Of a stretch of 64,000 nt of DNA, positions 38,460 through 48,287 are shown piece after piece (the stretch's first letter is position 1; every line of letters starts with the position of its first letter). The stretch comes from a virus (lineage: Duplodnaviria; Caudoviricetes). The stretch covers positions 32,001-96,000 of the IMG/VR virus record IMGVR_UViG_3300036958_000333. The stretch is one strand, 5' to 3'. The notes below the pieces were generated by a model. That model saw only the letters and a list, made by a program, of their open reading frames with translations. It made no database searches and had not been told where the DNA came from. A program made the position numbers and the translations under genes.

Positions 38460-39788
38460 TTGTTTATGCCAATAAAAATAGAATCATTAGATTATTTTCT
38501 TAAATGGCAAAAAGATAAAAACATAATTGTTTTTTCTTTTGAGTCTAAAAGTTTTAATTACTTAGAAGATGTTGTAGATGAAATATCATTTTATTCTCCT
38601 GGAAGCGATCAATTTCTAATAAAATGCCCTATTATAAAAAAAGACAACCAAATTTTTTTAAGAATTATTAGAAAATGTTTATTTGAAATGAATAAAAAGA
38701 TATTAATTTCAGATAGAGTAAAAGAATTTTTAAATTTTATTCCTGGAAAATTTATTAATGTATCTGAAATTTATGATTTAACATTATTAAATTCTATAAA
38801 TGGAATTATTTATAAAAGAAATAAAGAAAATTTAAAATCTTTATTAATAGATTTTAAAAAAATTATAAAATCTATTTCACAAAAACAATTAGATTTTTAT
38901 TTAGAGATTTTAGAAAATCTTATATTATGTTATTCTGAAATTGAAAAACATGGTTTAATTTCAAATAACGGTTGTAAATTATATTCTTATTATGATTTAT
39001 GTGGGTCTGTTACTGGAAGATTAACTAATAGTTCTTTTGATAGTAATAAATTCATTAATCCTCTGAATTTACCAAAAGATATGAGAAATATAATTAAAAG
39101 TAAAGAAAATCACAATTTAATAATATCAGATTATAACGCAATGGAAATGAGAATATTATCTTATATTTCTCAAGATGAAAATCTGATCAGTATATTTGAT
39201 TCTGGTAAAGATGTATATACACTAATAGCAAAAGATTTATTTAATATTATTGACATTGATTATAAGAAACGACAAGAAGTAAAAGATTTGTGTTTTCATA
39301 TTATTTATGGAGGAACAGAATACGGTTTATCTAAACAAAACAATTATGAATTATCTTATTCTAAAAATTTAATAGATAATTTTTTTAATATGTTTCCAAA
39401 AGTTAAAAAATTTATTGATAACATTCATTTAGATATAATTTCTAAATCTTATTGTGAAAACTTATTTGGTAGGAAAAGAATTTTTAATAATATAAATAAA
39501 AATAATCTAAGGTTGATTTTGAGACAAGGTCAAAATTTTCTTATACAAAGCTGTGCAAATGACATATGTATGTCTGCATTATTAGAATTAAATAAAGAAT
39601 TAGATGACGATTCTCATATAATAATTCATGTTCATGATTCAATAGTTGTAGATAGCCCAATAGAAAAGACAAAGAAAAATATAGAATTAATTAAAAATAT
39701 TATGACAAATCCAAATAAAATTAAGAAATTTGGAATAAATAATATAAAGCTAAATTCAAATATAAAGATTTCTACTGTTTGGGAGTAA
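38460..39788 (+). CDS. short family A DNA polymerase
   Basis: TGRL, motif A SDYNAMEMR, motif B RQEVKDLCFHIIYG, FGRKR, NFLIQS, motif C VHDS. Confidence 0.85.
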   Translation: MFMPIKIESLDYFLKWQKDKNIIVFSFESKSFNYLEDVVDEISFYSPGSDQFLIKCPIIKKDNQIFLRIIRKCLFEMNKKILISDRVKEFLNFIPGKFINVSEIYDLTLLNSINGIIYKRNKENLKSLLIDFKKIIKSISQKQLDFYLEILENLILCYSEIEKHGLISNNGCKLYSYYDLCGSVTGRLTNSSFDSNKFINPLNLPKDMRNIIKSKENHNLIISDYNAMEMRILSYISQDENLISIFDSGKDVYTLIAKDLFNIIDIDYKKRQEVKDLCFHIIYGGTEYGLSKQNNYELSYSKNLIDNFFNMFPKVKKFIDNIHLDIISKSYCENLFGRKRIFNNINKNNLRLILRQGQNFLIQSCANDICMSALLELNKELDDDSHIIIHVHDSIVVDSPIEKTKKNIELIKNIMTNPNKIKKFGINNIKLNSNIKISTVWE

Positions 39789-40063
39789 ATATGGAAATTG
39801 TAACTGAATTTAATATTGGAGATATAGTATATATTTTAGAAGATGCAAACAAAGGAAATCTTGTCCCAGTTATCATAGAAAAAATAATATTAAGCGTCGA
39901 ACGAGAAAATCTTATTATTACAAGTTATCAAGTTAGTAGCACTAATAAATTTCATAATACTGTGTTTTATGAAAATCAATTAACAACATTTGAAAACGCA
40001 AAAGTAATAGTAAACACAAAAATTAATGAAGAAATTAAAGAATTAGAGCGAAAAAAAATATAA
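39779..40063 (+). CDS. small SH3/KOW-like protein (true start probably 39791)
   Basis: TEFNIGDIVY; GGAG RBS before the ATG at 39791. Confidence 0.5.
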   Translation: MGVNMEIVTEFNIGDIVYILEDANKGNLVPVIIEKIILSVERENLIITSYQVSSTNKFHNTVFYENQLTTFENAKVIVNTKINEEIKELERKKI

Positions 40064-40072
40064 TTATAATAT
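40045..40072 (+). promoter_or_regulatory. GCG-class promoter AGAGCG-N16-TAATAT upstream of the sigma-like gene
   Basis: motif match followed by a GGAGG RBS. Confidence 0.5.
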
Positions 40073-40103
40073 TCAAATATAATTTTCTTAAAATGGAGGA
40101 AAA

Positions 40104-40949
40104 ATGTTTGATTATTCCGAACCAGATAAATCTTTGTATATTCAAAAAAGATTTCCTATATCAGATAAAGAATATAAAAAGCTAGAAGAAAAGTACGGAA
40201 AATTATGTTGGTATGCTGCTTCTCAACTTATGTTAAGTAATAAAAAGTCTTATGAGGATTTACAAGATTATCATTCAGAAATTTCAATAGGAATGTTTAG
40301 AGCTGCTTCTTATTATAAAAGACAAACTTTTATAGAAAATGTATTTAATTTTTTTAGCAACAGCGATATATTACAAAATGATGATTTAATTAAGTTTAAT
40401 AAATTAAAAAAAAAGTGGGAAAAAAAATCTTCTTTTTTAGAACCAGATGAAGATAGTTTAATTGATATATTAGAAAAATACAAAAATTATTGCCCAAATG
40501 CTCCAAATTATAATTCACCTTTGAAATTTGATAATAAATTCAATATATATTGTAAAGCGATAATTTGGAATACTTCAAAATCTTTAGGTCAACATATTTC
40601 AAAAGAAAATAAACATAAAAATAGAGAAATCTCATTAGACGAATGGAAATTTCTAGAAGGAGGAGATTTCGTTAGTAATTCTGAAAATAATATTTCTTAT
40701 ACTCCAAATAATTGTTCTTATGATTTTGAATATATAAGAAATAAAATAAATGATCAAAAAACAATTGATGCATTTGATATAATTACAGATTCATGTAATT
40801 ATGATAGTATATTTAAAAAAAGTAAAAAATGTAAAAACAATAATATTAAAATGAATGTTATAAGAAAATCAACTAAAATGTCATATCCAACCATCAAGAA
40901 AAAAATTAAAGATATAAAAAAAATAATAAAAGAAGAGTTTAAAGACTAA
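40104..40949 (+). CDS. phage-encoded sigma70-family-like factor
   Basis: region 2.1 LEEKYGKLCWYAASQL, 2.2 QDYHSEISIGMFRAASYY, 2.3 KFNIYCKAIIWN, EISLDE, C-terminal HTH MSYPTIKKKIKDIKKIIK. Confidence 0.6.
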   Translation: MFDYSEPDKSLYIQKRFPISDKEYKKLEEKYGKLCWYAASQLMLSNKKSYEDLQDYHSEISIGMFRAASYYKRQTFIENVFNFFSNSDILQNDDLIKFNKLKKKWEKKSSFLEPDEDSLIDILEKYKNYCPNAPNYNSPLKFDNKFNIYCKAIIWNTSKSLGQHISKENKHKNREISLDEWKFLEGGDFVSNSENNISYTPNNCSYDFEYIRNKINDQKTIDAFDIITDSCNYDSIFKKSKKCKNNNIKMNVIRKSTKMSYPTIKKKIKDIKKIIKEEFKD

Positions 40950-40951
40950 AA

Positions 40952-42367
40952 ATGTCTTTTGATATATCAAAAATAGAAAATTCTATATTAGAAGAAGAAG
41001 ATTTATTTGATGATAATAAATCAGATAAATTTAATCTTACTATAGATTTGCAAAGAGATTTATTAAATTTAATTCTTACCGATAGAAATTTTTTAATTAA
41101 CTCTTTGAGTTTAGTAAAACAAGAATATTTCGAAGACATAGTTCATAGAATAATATGTCAAAAGTGTTTTGAATATTTTGAAAAATATAATTCTCCAATA
41201 ACATTAGATTTATTAATACAAGAAATAAAATCAAAATATTCAAATCACATACAATTACCAAGAATATTAACTGAAATAGATATTATATCAGAGAGAACTG
41301 AAAATGCATATAAAGAAAAATCGTATTTAGAAAAAGAAGCATTAAGTTTTGCTAAACAACAAGCTGTTAAATTGGCGATATTAAAATCAGTTGAATTATT
41401 AGATCAAGGAAAATTTGATGAAATAGAAAAAAATATAAAAGAAGCCTTATTGGTTGCTCCAGAACAATCATTTGGAACCGATATATTTAAAGATATTAAA
41501 AAAGTGTATCAAAGATTAATGGCTGAATATGAAGGAGAAAAATTTACTACTGGATGGCCAACTATAGACAAAGAATTATGTGGTGGTATGGGTAAAAAAG
41601 AAATTGGAATGATATTCTCAAATTCCGGAGTTGGAAAATCGTTATGGTTATGTAAAGTTGCTGCTGAAAATTTAATAAGAGGTAAAAAAGTATTATATAT
41701 ATCATGCGAAATGTCTGAAGAAAGAATAGCAATGAGAATACACTCTATGTTATCTCTAATACCAATAGATGATATAATAACTAATATACCAGAATTAGAA
41801 AGAAAAATGCAAATAATAGAAAGTAAAGTATCCGGTTTACTAAAAATAAAAGAATTTCCGGCTGGAGAAGGAACAATAAATGATTTTAGAGCATATACAA
41901 ACAAACTTTATAATCATACAGGATTTCAGCCAGATTTAATATTATTAGATTATATAGATGAAGTAAAATGTAGTAATTCTAGATTAAATACTTATGAAGG
42001 TCAATATCATACTACAAGAGAATTTAGAGGATGGATGCAAGCTGAAAACTTATGCGGAATGACGGCTACTCAGGCAAATAGAATAGGAAGACAAGTCAGA
42101 ACTATAACTGAAGGAGAAATAGGAGATTCTTATGCTAAAATTAGAGTAGTAGATTGTTTATGGTCATTAAATGAAACAGATGAAGAAAAGAACAAATATT
42201 TATCTAGATTATTTGTTGTAAAACATAGAAATGGTAAAAGTAAATTTACTGTATGGGTTAAAAGAGATCCAGATACATTAAGAATGAAAGAAATAGATGA
42301 AACAGAATATGAAAGTATATTAGGATCTTCTCCTCCAGTTTCTGTATGTGGAGAAGATGAAATTTAA
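40952..42367 (+). CDS. dnaB: DnaB-like replicative helicase (T4 gp41-like)
   Basis: TTGWPTID, Walker A SNSGVGKS, SCEMS, LLDYID, TATQANR, KHRNG. Confidence 0.92.
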   Translation: MSFDISKIENSILEEEDLFDDNKSDKFNLTIDLQRDLLNLILTDRNFLINSLSLVKQEYFEDIVHRIICQKCFEYFEKYNSPITLDLLIQEIKSKYSNHIQLPRILTEIDIISERTENAYKEKSYLEKEALSFAKQQAVKLAILKSVELLDQGKFDEIEKNIKEALLVAPEQSFGTDIFKDIKKVYQRLMAEYEGEKFTTGWPTIDKELCGGMGKKEIGMIFSNSGVGKSLWLCKVAAENLIRGKKVLYISCEMSEERIAMRIHSMLSLIPIDDIITNIPELERKMQIIESKVSGLLKIKEFPAGEGTINDFRAYTNKLYNHTGFQPDLILLDYIDEVKCSNSRLNTYEGQYHTTREFRGWMQAENLCGMTATQANRIGRQVRTITEGEIGDSYAKIRVVDCLWSLNETDEEKNKYLSRLFVVKHRNGKSKFTVWVKRDPDTLRMKEIDETEYESILGSSPPVSVCGEDEI

Positions 42368-42417
42368 GTTAAAATTTTTAATAAACATTTTCTTTTTTAT
42401 AATTAAAGGAGAATAAA

Positions 42418-42729
42418 ATGCCAAAAACAATAAAACACGTAGAACCATTTATGTTATGTAAACCTATTTCTTTTCAACAAAAAGTTGGAGAGATAATAAT
42501 TCCAGGAACAGAAAATAAAAAATGTGCTTTAAAAAAAGTAATAAAAGCATCTTCTACAGCAAACTCAAGAGGAATAAATGAAGGAGATATAATAGTAACC
42601 AAACAATCATTATATCTATCAATGCCAGTACAGCTCACAGAAAATGATGAATTTCCATTTGAAACAAAAGATATTGAAACAATTGAGCTTATAGATCCAG
42701 CACAAGTTATAGCAAAATATTCTGATTAA
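42418..42729 (+). CDS. GroES/Cpn10-like co-chaperonin
   Basis: VGEIIIP mobile-loop-like segment, EGDIIV, QVIAK tail. Confidence 0.55.
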   Translation: MPKTIKHVEPFMLCKPISFQQKVGEIIIPGTENKKCALKKVIKASSTANSRGINEGDIIVTKQSLYLSMPVQLTENDEFPFETKDIETIELIDPAQVIAKYSD

Positions 42730-42741
42730 AAGAGGTTATAT

Positions 42742-43242
42742 ATGCAAAAGATACCTGAAATGAGTATTTCTATTAATGTTAATGAAAACGATAAATTTTC
42801 AAGAAATATAAGTGATGATTTACTAATCAGTACTGAAAATTTAGATGAATGTTTAGAAAAACAAGCAGCTTTATATGCTTATTATTGTATGAAACATCAA
42901 CAGTTATGTTCAATGAAAGATAGATTAGATTTTGAATATGATAAAATTTATAACCAGGCTATGCAAATAGCAAGAAGATCATTAATGGAAAGTGGATCTA
43001 GAGTTACAGATAAACAAATACACTCTGTTGTTTCATGTGATGAAAATGTTTTAGCTGCTAAAGAAAAATATTTAGACATAAGCGCAAAAAAAGATCAGTT
43101 ATATGCTTTAGTTAAAGCATTAGAACAAAAAAAAGATATGATTTATTCCATAGTAACAAGAAGAAAATATGAAATAGATGCTATTAGAGGTAGTAGTATT
43201 TTTTTAAGTAAAATTCCTAAATCTGGCATAGAAGATGAATAA
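42742..43242 (+). CDS. UvsY-like recombination mediator
   Basis: helical; QAALYAYY...VTDKQI...VKALEQKKDM; lies in the gp41/gp32/UvsX cluster. Confidence 0.6.
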   Translation: MQKIPEMSISINVNENDKFSRNISDDLLISTENLDECLEKQAALYAYYCMKHQQLCSMKDRLDFEYDKIYNQAMQIARRSLMESGSRVTDKQIHSVVSCDENVLAAKEKYLDISAKKDQLYALVKALEQKKDMIYSIVTRRKYEIDAIRGSSIFLSKIPKSGIEDE

Positions 43243-43483
43243 AAATATACAAAAAAAAATAGCAAGATCAGATATTATTTCATTTATAGAATCTTTACCA
43301 GAAAATTATCCTGTTCAATTAAAATCTGATACTTGTATTCAATTAAAACCATCTCAAATAATAGAAAATATAGAAAATAAAACAAAAATAGGAAAATCAT
43401 ATTATATTCAAATAGGAAAATATTTACAATCAAAAAGAGAAGTTAAAAAGGAAATAAATAAAAATTTAACAACTATAATTTAA
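43235..43483 (+). CDS. hypothetical protein
   Basis: overlap-coupled ORF. Confidence 0.55.
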   Translation: MNKNIQKKIARSDIISFIESLPENYPVQLKSDTCIQLKPSQIIENIENKTKIGKSYYIQIGKYLQSKREVKKEINKNLTTII

Positions 43484-43493
43484 GGAAATTAAA

Positions 43494-44198
43494 ATGGGAT
43501 ATTTGTTAAAGATATTTTATCATCCTAAAATAGATGATAAAGAATTTAAATTCGATACAGATATTAAAAAAGAAAAAACATATAAAATTGGTAAAAAAGA
43601 AGAAAATATTGAAGCTTCTAAGTTAGCTTCTGTAATAATGCAACAATTATCTAGAAGAGATATTTTAGTATGTGATATTGAAGTAGAACAATTTGTTAAA
43701 AAAACAATTAAAGTAAGAGAAACAAAAAATGGAATAATAATAGGAAATGAAAAATTTACTTTCAACGATTCATTATTACAGGAAAATAAAAATATAGAAA
43801 TAGAAGATTTAGATAAAAATATGAATGTAATACAAAATAATAATTTATTTATTCCAAACAATATAAAAGAAGATTTTATTAAAGAAGAATATTTCGAACC
43901 TGATCCATTACAAATTCATTTAAAAGATAAATTTAAATTAAGTGGTTTAACTATTGGGAAAAAATACAAAATAGTTAAAGAAATAGGGCCTTCAAAAGAC
44001 ATGATAACTCATTATATGATAATCAATGATTTTAATAAAACATTAAGTGTTCCAATTTCTAATTTTTCTGCAGTTCCTTACGTAGAACAAAAAGAAGAAG
44101 AGTCTATAAGTACAGATATAGAACTTGGTTATCCTGGAGAAGTTAAAGGTTCAATGATAGACCTTAGACCTGGTCTAAATCAAAGGAAAATAACATAA
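43494..44198 (+). CDS. hypothetical protein
   Basis: 234 aa with AAGGA RBS. Confidence 0.6.
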   Translation: MGYLLKIFYHPKIDDKEFKFDTDIKKEKTYKIGKKEENIEASKLASVIMQQLSRRDILVCDIEVEQFVKKTIKVRETKNGIIIGNEKFTFNDSLLQENKNIEIEDLDKNMNVIQNNNLFIPNNIKEDFIKEEYFEPDPLQIHLKDKFKLSGLTIGKKYKIVKEIGPSKDMITHYMIINDFNKTLSVPISNFSAVPYVEQKEEESISTDIELGYPGEVKGSMIDLRPGLNQRKIT

Positions 44199-44495
44199 AT
44201 GAAAAAAAACGAGAAAATAAACAAAAAAAAAGAAGCGATAAGAAATAAAAAAAATAAAATAAAATTACTAAATAAAAAAAAAGCCAACAGAATCATTAAA
44301 AAAAATGAAAAAGAAGAACAATATTTAGAAAAAAAAAGAATACAATTTGAAGGAACCAACTTGGACAAACAGTATATATCAAAAAAGTTTCCAAGACCTA
44401 ACGAACAATGTTATTGCGGAAGTGGTAAAAAATTTAAAAAATGTCACATGAAAATTTTATATGATGAATTTATAAAAACTATGGATAAAGAATAA
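44199..44495 (+). CDS. SEC-C motif protein
   Basis: PNEQCYCGSGKKFKKCH. Confidence 0.85.
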   Translation: MKKNEKINKKKEAIRNKKNKIKLLNKKKANRIIKKNEKEEQYLEKKRIQFEGTNLDKQYISKKFPRPNEQCYCGSGKKFKKCHMKILYDEFIKTMDKE

Positions 44496-44522
44496 TATAT
44501 TTTTAATTTTTAATATATATTA

Positions 44523-44547
44523 TTTAGGTCTTTTTTAAAGACCTAAA
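44523..44547. promoter_or_regulatory. 11-bp hairpin upstream of the ssDNA-binding protein gene
   Basis: TTTAGGTCTTT-ttt-AAAGACCTAAA. Confidence 0.55.
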
Positions 44548-44583
44548 CAATAAAGTACATTAGTACTAACTGGAGGAACTGTT

Positions 44584-45447
44584 ATGGACACAAGCACTAT
44601 TAACGTTGCTGTTCTAAGAGCTAAACTGGAAGAACTTAAAACTGGTAAAAAAACTGAAAACAATGAATTTCTTGCAAAATTTTATAACCCACCTTATTTT
44701 GATTCAAATTATCAACAAAGATCAGTTATAAGAATACTTCCTGGAATTGTAAATGAAAATGGAGAAACGTTACCTTTTTTTACCGAAACATCTCTTCATA
44801 AAGTCTCTGGTAAAAACATTCATTGTATTAGAAAATCTGGAAAAGTATGTCCTATATGTGAATTCATCAAACCAATGTGGGATTCAAATATAGACACAGC
44901 CAGACAATTAAAAGCGAGAAAAAGATTTTATATGAATGTAATTGCTAGAGAAAGAATCACTAAAAACTTTGAAACTGGAAAAGAAGAAATTAAACAAAAT
45001 GATGGACCTCTAATCTATAGCTGTGGAATAAAAATATTCCAAAAAATACTAGGACAAATGCTAGAAGTAGTTGAAGAAACTGGAGTCGATATTACAGACT
45101 TAAAAAATGGATTTGATTTTAGAATCAAAAAAGAAATGCAAACATCTGGATATCCTAGTTATGATGAATCAAAAGTTTCTAGAACACCATCTCCTGCTGG
45201 AACTGATGAAGAAATAGACAATTGGATCAAAAACCTTCATGATCTTAATAGTCTAATTAAATATTCAACATATGAAGAGTTACTAAAAGAAGTTGAAATA
45301 TTAAAAAGTTCCAAAGAATACGATATTAATGCTAATAAAAAACAACCCGATAAGACAAATCCAGTTCAGGAACTAGAAAGTGATTATGAAGATGATGATA
45401 AAGAACTAGAAGCTGAATTAGAAAAAATCAGAAAAGGAATTAGATAA
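44584..45447 (+). CDS. T4 gp32-like ssDNA-binding protein
   Basis: VIRILP, H...C..CPIC Zn site, RKRFYMNV, GFDFRIKK, YPSYDES, acidic C-terminal tail. Confidence 0.85.
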   Translation: MDTSTINVAVLRAKLEELKTGKKTENNEFLAKFYNPPYFDSNYQQRSVIRILPGIVNENGETLPFFTETSLHKVSGKNIHCIRKSGKVCPICEFIKPMWDSNIDTARQLKARKRFYMNVIARERITKNFETGKEEIKQNDGPLIYSCGIKIFQKILGQMLEVVEETGVDITDLKNGFDFRIKKEMQTSGYPSYDESKVSRTPSPAGTDEEIDNWIKNLHDLNSLIKYSTYEELLKEVEILKSSKEYDINANKKQPDKTNPVQELESDYEDDDKELEAELEKIRKGIR

Positions 45448-45461
45448 TTTGAAAACAACCA

Positions 45462-45495
45462 ATCCTACAGGTGAAAATAAATTCACCTGTAGGAT
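45462..45495. terminator. perfect 14-bp hairpin between the gp32-like and UvsX genes
   Basis: ATCCTACAGGTGAA-aataaa-TTCACCTGTAGGAT followed by a T-rich run. Confidence 0.75.
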
Positions 45496-45518
45496 GAATT
45501 TTTTATTAGGAGAGTTTA

Positions 45519-46655
45519 ATGGGTAAAAAAAATAAAAGTAATGAAACTGAAAAAGAAAATAAAAATTTGTCAAATATGCAAATTATTGAAGATATATGCA
45601 AAAACATAGAAAATGCAGAAGTACTTGATTCTGATGATGTTGCTAATATTAGATTTGTAAGTACTGGAAATCTTGCAATGGATTTTGTAAGTTCTGGTAA
45701 ATTCTGGGGTGGAGGAATACCTTTAGGAAGAATAACAGAAATATATGGAGAATCATCTACAGGAAAAACCGTAATAGGAACTCATATATTACAAAATATA
45801 CAAAAAATTGGCGGAATAGGAGTATTAATAGACAGCGAATCAGCATATTCGGTTCCATTTGCAAAAAATCTTGGAATTGATACTCAACAATTAATATATT
45901 TACAACCAGATTGTTTAGAAGATTGTTTTATAAAAATTAAAAAAATAATAAATTATATAAGATCCAACAGCACAGACATGAGACCAGTAGCTATTGTATA
46001 TGATTCAATAGCAGCATCTCCGTCAAGAAAAGAAATAGAAAAAATGAAAAACGAATCAGACCTTGGATCGTTAATGGGCCACAGAGCATTAGTATGTTCT
46101 GATTACTTGAGAAATATGGTTCAATTAATAAAAAAACAACAAGTTGCTATAATAATTATAAATCAAGTAAGAAGTAAAATAGGGGTTATGTTTGGAGATA
46201 AGGATACTACCGCTGGGGGAGGAAGGTCGCTAGCTTATTATGCGGCTATAAGAAATCGTTGTATGGGAACAAAGAAAATATTAGATAGTAGAAAAATACC
46301 TATTGGTGTATTTATGAAAATAAAGAACACAAAAAATAAAATCTCTAATCCATTTAGAGAAACAGAAAATATAGAATTGATATTTGATAAGGGTATTAAT
46401 CCATTATCTGGATTATTAAGTTTATTAGAAATAGAAGGAAAAGTAAAAAGATCTGGAGCTTGGTATCAATTAGATAATGGAAATAAGTTTCAGGAAAAAG
46501 GATTTAAAGATATTTTAATTAATAATCCAGAATTAATTGATGCTAAAAAATCAGAAGATATAGTTAAATTTCTAGAAATTAATAGTCAGTCATTAAATTA
46601 TTTAGATGATAAAGAAATTATATTAGAAGATATAGAAATTTCAGAAGATGTATGA
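45519..46655 (+). CDS. uvsX: RecA/UvsX recombinase
   Basis: STGNLAMD, GGIPLGRITEIYGESSTGKT, IDSE, YDSIAA, INQVR, GGRSLAYYA, KNKI, SGAWY. Confidence 0.92.
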   Translation: MGKKNKSNETEKENKNLSNMQIIEDICKNIENAEVLDSDDVANIRFVSTGNLAMDFVSSGKFWGGGIPLGRITEIYGESSTGKTVIGTHILQNIQKIGGIGVLIDSESAYSVPFAKNLGIDTQQLIYLQPDCLEDCFIKIKKIINYIRSNSTDMRPVAIVYDSIAASPSRKEIEKMKNESDLGSLMGHRALVCSDYLRNMVQLIKKQQVAIIIINQVRSKIGVMFGDKDTTAGGGRSLAYYAAIRNRCMGTKKILDSRKIPIGVFMKIKNTKNKISNPFRETENIELIFDKGINPLSGLLSLLEIEGKVKRSGAWYQLDNGNKFQEKGFKDILINNPELIDAKKSEDIVKFLEINSQSLNYLDDKEIILEDIEISEDV

Positions 46656-48216
46656 TTGGATAAGAGAAAACTTATTTAATAAAAATGGTAATATTAAATG
46701 GAATTATGCCAGTATTATTAAAAATACTGGCGCAATTGATTTTATATTAGAAAAAACATCATTTTTAGATTTTGATTTAAAGTTATTAGAAAGAATATAT
46801 TGTATTTATAATGATATTAAATACAAAAAAGTATGTAAAATTTGTAAATCAAATGTAAGATTTATAAATTTTTCATCAGGATATTCTAATTATTGTTCTA
46901 ATAAATGTATTAATTCCGACAATGATGTTAAAATAAAAATTTCTAATTCTATCAAAAAAAATAATATTAGAAAATACGGAGTAGAAAATGTTTATCAAAA
47001 TGAAAAAATTAAAAATAAAATAAAACATAATAATCTAATTAAATATGGTGTTGATAATGTGTTTAAATCTAGTGTTATAAAAGAAAAAATCAAAAATGTT
47101 ATTATAAAAAAATATGGAGTAGACCATATATCTAAATCTGATTATTTTAAAGATAAATTAAAAAATATATCTCAAAATAAATATGGAACAAATTATTTTT
47201 TACAAGCTGACGAAATAAAAGAAAAAATTAAACAAACAAATTTAAAAAGATATAATGTTAATTATATTCTAGAATTAAAAGATAAAAAAGAACAAGGAAT
47301 GTTAAATAAATTTGGAGTAAAAAATATTTCTCAATTACATATATCGAAAAACTCATTAGAGTGTTTATTAAATAAAAACTGGATGATAGAAAAATATAAA
47401 CATAGTTCTGTTAATGAAATAGCATTAGAATTAAACGTAGATAAAAGAACTGTTATTAATTATTTAAGTAAATATAATATAATTAAATATCGTTCTTACA
47501 AATCATTAGCCGAAAAAGAAATAATTGATTTTATAGGTAAAAATATTAAAATAACAATAAATTCTAGAAAAATAATATCTCCATATGAATTAGATATTTA
47601 TATTCCTGATTATAATTTAGCTATAGAATTTAATGGATTGTATTATCATTCAAGGTATGATAAAGATTATCATTTAAATAAAACTAAATTATGTTTTAAT
47701 AAAGGAATTAAACTATTACATATATTTGAAAATGAATGGATTAATAAAACAAATGTATGGAAATCTATTATAAATTATTATTTAAATAGAAATACATTTA
47801 TAGATTTTAAAAACTGTACTACTAATAATGTTAATGATATAGAAAGTTTTGTTTTTAATAATTCTTTAAAAGAATGTATTAATGGATATAATTTAGGTTT
47901 ATTTTATAACAATGATTTAATAGCATTAATGATTTGTAATAATAAAGAATTAAGATTATATATAAAAAACTATTTTAACATAAATTTTAATGATTTTTTT
48001 AATTATTTTATTAATTATTATAATATAAAATGTTTAAATATGATTTTAGATAGAAGATATGAATATTATAAATACAATGGTTTTAAATTAAAGAAATATA
48101 CTAAATGTAATTGTTATTATTATAAATTGCCTGATATAACTTTATTTAATAATAAAATAAATGGTTATGAAAGAATATATGATTGTGGAAATATTATATA
48201 TGAATGGAAAAAATGA
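46648..48216 (+). CDS. Hef-like putative homing endonuclease with KYGV repeats
   Basis: KYGV repeats, HTH, ELDIYIPDYNLAIEFNGLYYH, YDCG tail. Confidence 0.75.
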   Translation: MYDWIRENLFNKNGNIKWNYASIIKNTGAIDFILEKTSFLDFDLKLLERIYCIYNDIKYKKVCKICKSNVRFINFSSGYSNYCSNKCINSDNDVKIKISNSIKKNNIRKYGVENVYQNEKIKNKIKHNNLIKYGVDNVFKSSVIKEKIKNVIIKKYGVDHISKSDYFKDKLKNISQNKYGTNYFLQADEIKEKIKQTNLKRYNVNYILELKDKKEQGMLNKFGVKNISQLHISKNSLECLLNKNWMIEKYKHSSVNEIALELNVDKRTVINYLSKYNIIKYRSYKSLAEKEIIDFIGKNIKITINSRKIISPYELDIYIPDYNLAIEFNGLYYHSRYDKDYHLNKTKLCFNKGIKLLHIFENEWINKTNVWKSIINYYLNRNTFIDFKNCTTNNVNDIESFVFNNSLKECINGYNLGLFYNNDLIALMICNNKELRLYIKNYFNINFNDFFNYFINYYNIKCLNMILDRRYEYYKYNGFKLKKYTKCNCYYYKLPDITLFNNKINGYERIYDCGNIIYEWKK

Positions 48217-48225
48217 TAAACAATT

Positions 48226-48253
48226 TAAGCGAATAACACTATATTTTTATAAT
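48226..48253 (+). promoter_or_regulatory. GCG-class promoter TAAGCG-N16-TATAAT
   Basis: motif match followed by an AGGAG RBS. Confidence 0.65.
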
Positions 48254-48287
48254 AAATTAAGTTTAAATAATTTTAGGAGAAAATATT

